DNA of 37,532 bases from a virus (taxonomy: Duplodnaviria > Caudoviricetes): positions 1-37,532 of the IMG/VR virus record IMGVR_UViG_3300037961_005913, one strand, 5' to 3'. Below, one piece after another: positions 1 to 7,398 of this stretch (position 1 is the stretch's first letter; each line of letters starts with the position of its first letter). A program made the position numbers and the translations under genes. The notes below the pieces were generated by a model, which made no database searches, was not told where the DNA came from, and saw only the letters and a list, made by a program, of their open reading frames with translations.

Positions 1-564
1 CATGCATATAGAAGACAATATGATGATAGAGCACAATTTACATTTTATGTAGATCACGATTATCAAATCATCAACTTTTTTGAAAACTGGATGGCATTCA
101 TTGCAAATGAGCAAAGAACGCGAGATAATAGAACTGACTCAATTTCAGAAGATACACGTAGTTATTCATATAGAATGAATTTTCCTGAGCAGTATCAAAG
201 TACAATTTATATCAATAAGTTTGAGAAAGATATTGCTGCTGCTGATGGTTCAGGGGAAAAATATTTGCAATATGCTATGCACAAAGCATTTCCAATCAGT
301 ATTAATTCAATGCCTGTTTCATATGAGGCATCTCAAATATTAAAATGCACAGTATCGTTTACATACTCTAGATATCTAATTTTACCACCAGAATCAAACA
401 TTATCCAAAGAAATATTAGATTCCAGAATAGAATCGATCCTGGAGTTACAAGAGGACCTGCTGCTGGTGAAAGAATTCTTGGACAGACAGGTGCAGGAAC
501 TGTAGATGAATTGAGACAAATTAATTTTGGCACAGGAAATTTATTTAATCCTCCAATAGCATAA
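1..564 (+). CDS. Tail-tube-fold baseplate protein (T4 gp54/gp19-like), 5'-truncated by the window edge
   Basis: Frame is open from base 1 (HAYRRQYDDRAQFTFYVDHDYQIINFFENWM...). The 'FTFYVD..FFENW..AFPISI..CTVSFTY' pattern is typical of T4-like tube-fold proteins, and the gene lies directly upstream of gp26. Confidence 0.7.
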   Translation, partial: HAYRRQYDDRAQFTFYVDHDYQIINFFENWMAFIANEQRTRDNRTDSISEDTRSYSYRMNFPEQYQSTIYINKFEKDIAAADGSGEKYLQYAMHKAFPISINSMPVSYEASQILKCTVSFTYSRYLILPPESNIIQRNIRFQNRIDPGVTRGPAAGERILGQTGAGTVDELRQINFGTGNLFNPPIA

Positions 565-570
565 TAAATA
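563..570 (+). promoter_or_regulatory. T4-type late promoter (AATAAATA)
   Basis: One mismatch to TATAAATA, 28 nt upstream of the gp26 start. Confidence 0.6.
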
Positions 571-598
571 GTCATACTGAAATTTTTATTAGGATATC

Positions 599-1318
599 AT
601 GCCTTTACCAAAAATTGCTACGCCGACATATGAGTTGGAATTACCATCTACAGGAAAGACAGTAAAATACCGTCCGTTTTTAGTTAAAGAAGAAAAACTT
701 CTAGTGTTGGCGCTGGAATCTGAGGATACAAAGCAGATTACTACTGCGATTAAAAACGTAATCAAAGCGTGTATTCAATCGAGAGGAATTAAAGTAGAGG
801 CACTCCCTACTTTTGATATTGAATATTTGTTCCTCAACATTCGTGGAAAGTCTGTAGGTGAAGAGGTTGAAGTTAATATTCTTTGTCCTGATGATGGTGA
901 AACATATGTTCCTACCACAATTCCAATTGATGAAATTGAAGTTGTAAAGAGTGATGAACATACTACCAACATTCAGTTGGATGAGCATTTAGTAATGCAA
1001 TTGAAGTATCCCTCTCTCGATCAGTTCATTAAGAACAATTTTGACTTTAACAATGCTGCTGGTGTAGATCAGTCATTTGAACTCATTTCGACATGTATTG
1101 ACAAAATCTACAATGCCGATGAGGTTTGGGCAGGAGAGGATTGTACTAAGAAGGAGATGATTGAATTTCTTGAGCAAATGAACTCTGCTCAGTTTAAAGA
1201 AATTGAAAAATTCTTTGAGACTATGCCAAAACTATCTCATGAAGTAACAGTGACTAATCCTAAGACTGGAGTAGAAAGCACTGTTCTTCTGGAGGGATTA
1301 GCAAGTTTTTTCGCATAG
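599..1318 (+). CDS. gp26: T4 gp26-like baseplate hub subunit/assembly chaperone
   Basis: MPLPKIATPTYELELPSTGKTVKYRPFLVKEEK...FLNIRGKSVGE...LEGLASFF, characteristic of cyanomyovirus gp26. Confidence 0.88.
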   Translation: MPLPKIATPTYELELPSTGKTVKYRPFLVKEEKLLVLALESEDTKQITTAIKNVIKACIQSRGIKVEALPTFDIEYLFLNIRGKSVGEEVEVNILCPDDGETYVPTTIPIDEIEVVKSDEHTTNIQLDEHLVMQLKYPSLDQFIKNNFDFNNAAGVDQSFELISTCIDKIYNADEVWAGEDCTKKEMIEFLEQMNSAQFKEIEKFFETMPKLSHEVTVTNPKTGVESTVLLEGLASFFA

Positions 1319-1344
1319 CACTCTCCCATATGAGTTTGGAGAGT
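1291..1344 (+). promoter_or_regulatory. Candidate -1 programmed ribosomal frameshift signal
   Basis: SD-like GGAGGG at 1291-1296, in-frame slippery heptamer T TTT TTC at 1306-1312, 7-nt spacer, and hairpin ACTCTCC (1320-1326)/GGAGAGT (1338-1344). The -1 frame is open into gp51. Confidence 0.65.
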
Positions 1345-1506
1345 TATTTCACTTTAAATTTTTCTTTGATGCAGTATCATAAATACTCATTAACAGAAAT
1401 TGAAAATATGATGCCATGGGAGAGAGACATTTATGTTGAACTCTTGAGATCTCACTTAGAGGACGAAAAACAAAGGCAAAAGATGCAACAACAGCAGAAT
1501 GGATGA
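1330..1506 (+). CDS. gp51: T4 gp51-like baseplate hub assembly protein (58 aa, absent from the ORF track)
   Basis: Translated by hand: MSLESYFTLNFSLMQYHKYSLTEIENMMPWERDIYVELLRSHLEDEKQRQKMQQQQNG. The 'HKYSLTEIENMMPWERDIY' motif is typical. Confidence 0.85.
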   Translation: MSLESYFTLNFSLMQYHKYSLTEIENMMPWERDIYVELLRSHLEDEKQRQKMQQQQNG

Positions 1507-3499
1507 ACTGGAACTCGAAGATCTATTAGCAAGCATCAGGGCAGAGTCCAAAAAGGAATCTGCTCTATCTTTGTATGAAGGAACCCAGGGCACAGATCTT
1601 GTTGATGAAGAGGAAGTAGATGAAAGAATACTGAGACTCTTAGGATTAGATGATGTTTTTGATATTGATTATGACACATATAAGTCTCTGCTAAGAGAGA
1701 AAGTTGCCGCTGCCAGAATGACTGGCAGTCAAATGGCTACGGAGGAATCCGAACTTGTCACTAATGAATTCAGAAGAGTAAAGAGTAAAGTAGGTAGATT
1801 TAAGTTAAAGAAGAAGAGAATAAACCTTACAGAACCTGTCGGGGAAGCACCAAGTCCCATTTCAGCACGAAGACTTTTACCTGGTAGAGTAGATCCTGCA
1901 TTACCACCAGGTGCTGAAGAGGGCAGCTCAGAGTTAAAAACTGAAGTATCTGATATTGGAAGTAAGTTAGATGATTTGCTTGATTCTGTAAGAGCACAGT
2001 TTAAACTTGAAGAGGAACAATCAAAGAAAGCAGCAATCACTGCACAAAATTTAAGAAGAAGGACGAGAGAGGATAAATTAGAATCTGGAGATGGTGCGAA
2101 AAAAGCAATAAAAGATTCAGCGAAGAAAGCACTTGCTCCGTTCACAGGTATTCTGGATAAAATTTTAAGGTTCTTAGGATTCACTGCACTTGGATTTGTA
2201 TTTGATAAGTTTTACAAGTGGTGGACTAATCCAGAGAATCAGAGTAAGGTTGAGACACTGGGTAGATTCTTACAAGACTGGTGGCCTTCCTTATCTGCTG
2301 CTGCTCTATTATTCCTCACTCCTCTTGGCGGATTTATTCGTGGTACAATCAGAACAATCCGAACACTGATTCCTAAACTGGTTAACCTGATAAGATTAAA
2401 TCCTCTTGCAAGTCTTGCTGTAGTTGGTGGCACTCTTGCAATAGGGAAAATTCTTTCCGATGGTGGCGTTCCTGAAGAACCCACTGGATTAACTAGAGAA
2501 GAGGCAGAGACATCTGGTGCTCCTACTTCATTTGCAGATCAGTCTGGTGGACTTGGTGCTTTCTCTGAGGGAGGAATGATTCCACGATTCAGAGGTAGAA
2601 GACGTGGAATTCCTACTGCAAGTCAAGGTGCTAAAATCACTGCTAATAGTGGAGAAACAATCACTGGTGCTGGTGCAGATACTCAGTTGATTGCTGCTCA
2701 ACCAGGTGAGATGGTTATGCCTGTAGAGACTGTCAATAAGTATGGCAGCAACTTCTTCATGAATTTGATTAAGTCCACTGGAAAGAGTGGAATACCTGGC
2801 AGAGCTGCTAACATTCAATTCATGAATCAAGGTGGAATGGTTGGTGATTTTGTTAACGCATTTAGTTTCCTTCCTGGAACTGGGACAGTGATGGCACCTA
2901 TCACAAGTCCTGCCACTCAAATGGATAGTCAAGGTAGGAGAGGAGCAACAGCTGGATATCAGAGAAAGTTCTTAGGAATGAACATTGGCGAACCAATGTA
3001 TCCTGTAGATAGTAGAGGAATGTCCGCAGGATATTCTGATACAGAGAAGCGTAGATTTGAAAAGTTCAATCCCAATAAACAGTTTGTTCCTACTTTTGGT
3101 GGTAGGGGTGCTGATGCTTTAGTTGACGCCAATACAAATGACAATTTAATTAGAGATGCATTCCGTGATTTTGGGAAGAATGTACAGACACTTAAAGATT
3201 ATGGCAAAAGGCAGCGTGAAATGCTTGAAGAAATAATGCCTGGACGCTTCAGCGGTTCTATGAACATGCGTGGAGTGCAACTAGGTCCTCAGTCCTCGAT
3301 TGCCCCTGTAGGAACTCCAGTAATCAGTTCTCAGACACAAATGATTGTTCTTCCTCAGAAAACAACTATTCAACCCAGAGATGATGGAAGGCAAGAGAAG
3401 GAGACAGATGACATCCCAACATTCAATATCATTGCAAAGTCTCCTGGAAGAAATAAAGTAATTTCTGCTCTTGGAATTCAAGATTTGGTAGGAGCATAA
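1499..3499 (+). CDS. Virion protein, tape-measure-like (position of T4 gp29)
   Basis: 666 aa with a charged helical N-half and hydrophobic Gly/Ala helices; follows gp26/gp51; paralogous with the next gene. Confidence 0.55.
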   Translation: MDELELEDLLASIRAESKKESALSLYEGTQGTDLVDEEEVDERILRLLGLDDVFDIDYDTYKSLLREKVAAARMTGSQMATEESELVTNEFRRVKSKVGRFKLKKKRINLTEPVGEAPSPISARRLLPGRVDPALPPGAEEGSSELKTEVSDIGSKLDDLLDSVRAQFKLEEEQSKKAAITAQNLRRRTREDKLESGDGAKKAIKDSAKKALAPFTGILDKILRFLGFTALGFVFDKFYKWWTNPENQSKVETLGRFLQDWWPSLSAAALLFLTPLGGFIRGTIRTIRTLIPKLVNLIRLNPLASLAVVGGTLAIGKILSDGGVPEEPTGLTREEAETSGAPTSFADQSGGLGAFSEGGMIPRFRGRRRGIPTASQGAKITANSGETITGAGADTQLIAAQPGEMVMPVETVNKYGSNFFMNLIKSTGKSGIPGRAANIQFMNQGGMVGDFVNAFSFLPGTGTVMAPITSPATQMDSQGRRGATAGYQRKFLGMNIGEPMYPVDSRGMSAGYSDTEKRRFEKFNPNKQFVPTFGGRGADALVDANTNDNLIRDAFRDFGKNVQTLKDYGKRQREMLEEIMPGRFSGSMNMRGVQLGPQSSIAPVGTPVISSQTQMIVLPQKTTIQPRDDGRQEKETDDIPTFNIIAKSPGRNKVISALGIQDLVGA

Positions 3500-3500
3500 G

Positions 3501-5798
3501 ATGTTAGATACCAATAAACTTTTACCAGGAAGCACAGATAAAGGTGGCACTATTGTTGCCAAGTTCTCTCAAATTAAGTTTGAGACACCTCGTGGTGGCG
3601 CTTTAGCATTACAGTCTTCGCAAGCAATTACTAAGACTAGTGTTGAACCTGAAGTAAAATTAATCAAAGAGAAGGTTACTACTCTTGCTCAAGTATTTAA
3701 AAAGAGACTTGATGTAACAAAAACTCTTAATAAAAAAGAGAAAATTGAAAAAGAAAACGAAAAAAGAAAAAAGGCAGAGGTTGATTTAGAAAAATCTACT
3801 AAGAAAGAGACAAAAGGTGAGAGTGTAAATCTTCCTGGACAAAGTTTACTTGACAAGATTATAAGATTTTTAGGATTTACTGCACTTGGATTTTTAGTTG
3901 ATAAGTTTGGAAAGTATGCTACTTCTATTCAAGGAGCTCTTCCAGTTATTGAAACAGTCATTAATGGCATTGCAGGATTCGTAACATCTATAGGTAATGC
4001 TGCGATAACATTTGTAGAAAGAGGATACGCTGCATATGATGCTGTTCAAAATGCAGTAAAGAGTATTGGTGGAGATGATGCAGAAGCGAAGTTCACTGAG
4101 TTTTCTGGACTCTTAAATAAGGTTCTTAACGGTGCTATCATAGCAGCGACAATTGCACTGAGCACTCGTCCTCGCACTCGCGTTGGTGGTGGAGTTCGTG
4201 CTCCACAAACCCGTATTCGTGGAGTTGATGAAGCATTCTCAGCAGGACGCCCTAGAAGAATGCAACCTAGTGGTACAACTTCCCGTGGTGCAGCACAAAG
4301 ATACCTTCAGAGGTACGGTCAAAGAGCTGCTACCAGAAGATTTGGTGCAGAAGCCGTTAAATCGATTGGTCCGAGGGCAGCAGCTAGAGTAATCAAACCA
4401 TTTGTGTCTAGATTGCCCATCATCGGCGGACTTATTGAGTTTGCAATCTCATGGGCGACAGGAGATCCTGTCGGTAAAGCAGCATTTAGGGGTATCGGTG
4501 CTACTCTTGTGGGTGGTATTGGCACAGTAGTTGGCGGTCCTATTGGTGCTATCCTTGGTGGTATGGTAGGTGGTGAGATTGGAGCACTTCTTTATGATGC
4601 ATTCTTCACAGGAAAACAAACTCCTGCCGAACCTGAAATTGCTACCAAACAAAGTGGTGGACAAGTTACTAGAGGCGGAAAAGATGTAACCAGAGTAACT
4701 AGAGGGTTTAGAAGAGAAACAGGTGCCAGAGGAGATTTACGACAAAAAGTGGTGCCCACCAGAAGGGTTTCTATCTTCAAGTCTAAAAATATCGTATCTG
4801 AAGATATCAATGTTGAAGAATTTTATGGACTTAAAGGCTATAAAAACATTATTGATAGTGCAGATGTCATTAGTGGCAACGATGACAATACAAATAAATT
4901 CTTTAGTGGATTGTTCAGCAATATCATTGGAATGTTAATCGGACAACCCCCTCAAGGTGGACTTGCCAATGATGCTGCAATGGCACTTGCTTCAGATATG
5001 GAGAAAAACCTTAATATCCCAGGCAAACCAATATACAAATATCTGAAAAAGAAACTTCTCTTTGCTTTAGAAAAAACTCAGAATATAATCAATCAAAATA
5101 TTATCAAGAATTCAAAGATAACGGAGACGAAGTTACAAGAATATTTCAAAGATGCCTATGAGCGAGCACAACCTAGAACATTTGCACCCAGAACTGGTGC
5201 AGCATCAGGTGTTCAATTAGATCCTGGACAACCTGGAGTTGATTTCACCCCTGCTGGTGGTGACAATAAAGCAGTCTTCCCTGGAGAGGTTGTTGAAATT
5301 GGACACCAGTATAATCCAAATGGAATGGGTGGAGATGGTAGAAAAGGAGCTGGGTATGGTAATTTTGTTGTGATTAGAAGTGAAGATCCCAAGAAACCAG
5401 GAACTTTCTTCGATGGACTGTATGCACACTTCCCTGATGGAGAGATTAAAGTTAAAGTAGGTGACATGGTAACTGCAGGACAAATTCTTGGAAGAATGGC
5501 AACTGCAGCAGAATTTGCAGATCCTATGATAAGAAAGAGAGTTGGTAGTGGGACTGGTGCCCATACAAGTCTTGATTTCCTTCTCCCAGGTAGCAATGAA
5601 AAATATCCAGATTACATCAAGAACTTAGTTCCTCTGGTTGATCCGACGTTTTCAAATCAAGGCAATCAATCATTCTTGCCTGTGAATATGCGTCCCTCTA
5701 CTGACTTACAACAAGGCACAACGTATACTAATGCATATGGAATGCAAATTATTGAGAGGAATACAATCCTCTATCAAAAGGAAGTCGTTCTCACTTAG
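3501..5798 (+). CDS. Tape-measure-like virion protein with C-terminal M23/LytM-like domain
   Basis: Coiled coil plus glycine-zipper helices (GGIGTVVGGPIGAILGGMVGG). C-terminus has GVDF..GYGNFVVI..YAH..VKVGDMVTAGQILG..TGAH, the M23 fold pattern. Confidence 0.7.
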   Translation: MLDTNKLLPGSTDKGGTIVAKFSQIKFETPRGGALALQSSQAITKTSVEPEVKLIKEKVTTLAQVFKKRLDVTKTLNKKEKIEKENEKRKKAEVDLEKSTKKETKGESVNLPGQSLLDKIIRFLGFTALGFLVDKFGKYATSIQGALPVIETVINGIAGFVTSIGNAAITFVERGYAAYDAVQNAVKSIGGDDAEAKFTEFSGLLNKVLNGAIIAATIALSTRPRTRVGGGVRAPQTRIRGVDEAFSAGRPRRMQPSGTTSRGAAQRYLQRYGQRAATRRFGAEAVKSIGPRAAARVIKPFVSRLPIIGGLIEFAISWATGDPVGKAAFRGIGATLVGGIGTVVGGPIGAILGGMVGGEIGALLYDAFFTGKQTPAEPEIATKQSGGQVTRGGKDVTRVTRGFRRETGARGDLRQKVVPTRRVSIFKSKNIVSEDINVEEFYGLKGYKNIIDSADVISGNDDNTNKFFSGLFSNIIGMLIGQPPQGGLANDAAMALASDMEKNLNIPGKPIYKYLKKKLLFALEKTQNIINQNIIKNSKITETKLQEYFKDAYERAQPRTFAPRTGAASGVQLDPGQPGVDFTPAGGDNKAVFPGEVVEIGHQYNPNGMGGDGRKGAGYGNFVVIRSEDPKKPGTFFDGLYAHFPDGEIKVKVGDMVTAGQILGRMATAAEFADPMIRKRVGSGTGAHTSLDFLLPGSNEKYPDYIKNLVPLVDPTFSNQGNQSFLPVNMRPSTDLQQGTTYTNAYGMQIIERNTILYQKEVVLT

Positions 5799-5818
5799 TT
5801 AAATAGTTAAAAAAATAA

Positions 5819-7174
5819 ATGTCCAACGAATCCCTAACATATAATCAATTTGAAATTGTTTCCAACGAGAACGACACATCTGTGGATGTTCGTGCTGGAG
5901 CTCCTTTGTTAGAGTATAGAGAGAGTGTCTTCTCTCATTATGTTATGGTGTCTGCTGCTATCGTAGATACGGGTAGAACTGTTGTCACAGACGGTAGAGG
6001 AGTTGGTATCTTGGAAGCAATCAAGATGCAAGGTGGTGAGAAAGTATATTTGTCACTGACTGATGCAAAGGGTAATAAAATTAGATTGGATGATGAGGAT
6101 AGTCTTAGATTAGTTAAGGTTGATAATATTAACGAAACGTTCAAAAGCACATCATTTACGATTACATGCTTCTCTCCCGAAGCAATAACCGACTTAGATG
6201 TGGATAACTATTGCTATGATTTGTACACTGGTAGAACATCAGACATTATTAGAGATGTAGTTGAAAAGCATTTGAAATCTGAAAAAGAGTTTTATGCCAT
6301 TGATTTGTCTAGAAATAATGTTTCTGTACGTGGATATGGTGTTCCTGCATCAGAGTATGCTACAGAACTTCAGATGTTAAGTGTTCCCAATGAGACAACA
6401 AATCAAAGTGGTGAGAGAAACACCATGGCAGGATACTTATTCTGGCAAACTTCAGAGGGATTTCACTTTAAGTCTTTAGATACCATATTCAAAACAACAG
6501 GTAGTTACTTAGGATTTAGAGACAGTAACAATCAGCGTGTCAAAAACTTTATTGAGATGTTCAGAGGTGATGATTATCTACCACCTGGATTTGACGATAA
6601 GATTGTTCATTCAACATTCAATCGTTCTATTGATTTAATTTCACAATTTAAGTCTGGTGCGTATGGTTCTAAACTAGAAACTATGGACTTGGTTGAACAA
6701 ACTTGGAATGATACTAATGAGTCTGTTGTTGACTCTGAAGGTAATAGAATTTTAGCAGGTAAAAATTTACCTAATATTGGAGAGTATACTGGAACTGTAA
6801 CGAGAAAGATTCCTCAAACCAAAGCGAAAGGACAAACTGTCATCAGTGGTGATAGTTTGCAGACACAGGTTGAAAAAACTACAGAGCAGAAGTATGATGT
6901 TGATGAGATAACTCAACAAGCGATACAAAACTATCGACAGAAGATGAATTTTTCTCTTCAAATCATCATTCCTGGAGACTTTAGTCTACATGCTGGTGAT
7001 GTGATATATTGCGAATTTAGAGAGTTATCTGACTCTAAAACAACTTTATCAAGTAGGGACAGAAATAGTGGGCTATATATGATAGCAGATCTCTGTCACT
7101 TTGGTAATAAATCAAAAACCTATACTGGATTACATCTAGTTAGAGATTCATACGGAGCCAAAACCAATGGATAG
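5819..7174 (+). CDS. Baseplate hub protein (T4 gp27/Mu gp44-like fold)
   Basis: YLFWQTSEGFHFKSLD and C-terminal IIIPGDFSLHAGDVI..SGLYMIADLCH; located upstream of the gp5-like gene. Confidence 0.65.
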   Translation: MSNESLTYNQFEIVSNENDTSVDVRAGAPLLEYRESVFSHYVMVSAAIVDTGRTVVTDGRGVGILEAIKMQGGEKVYLSLTDAKGNKIRLDDEDSLRLVKVDNINETFKSTSFTITCFSPEAITDLDVDNYCYDLYTGRTSDIIRDVVEKHLKSEKEFYAIDLSRNNVSVRGYGVPASEYATELQMLSVPNETTNQSGERNTMAGYLFWQTSEGFHFKSLDTIFKTTGSYLGFRDSNNQRVKNFIEMFRGDDYLPPGFDDKIVHSTFNRSIDLISQFKSGAYGSKLETMDLVEQTWNDTNESVVDSEGNRILAGKNLPNIGEYTGTVTRKIPQTKAKGQTVISGDSLQTQVEKTTEQKYDVDEITQQAIQNYRQKMNFSLQIIIPGDFSLHAGDVIYCEFRELSDSKTTLSSRDRNSGLYMIADLCHFGNKSKTYTGLHLVRDSYGAKTNG

Positions 7175-7394
7175 TATCGAACAACACATCGAGAAGGATA
7201 AGGAAATCCTTCAAGATCCAACCGTCTCCCCTCAACAACGTCGTCACATCGAAGGCGAATTGCATGAGTTGGAGGAATATGCTGAGCATCACAAGAAAGA
7301 AATTGAAGCAGGCGATCATCACGATCCAACATACCTAGAACTCTTTTGCGATCAGAACCCATCCGAACCAGAGTGTCTTATTTACGACGACTGA
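7167..7394 (+). CDS. cp12: CP12 Calvin-cycle regulator (auxiliary metabolic gene)
   Basis: 75 aa acidic protein ending LELFCDQNPSEPECLIYDD, the CP12 C-terminal Cys-pair motif. Confidence 0.93.
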   Translation: MDSIEQHIEKDKEILQDPTVSPQQRRHIEGELHELEEYAEHHKKEIEAGDHHDPTYLELFCDQNPSEPECLIYDD

Positions 7395-7398
7395 ATAA

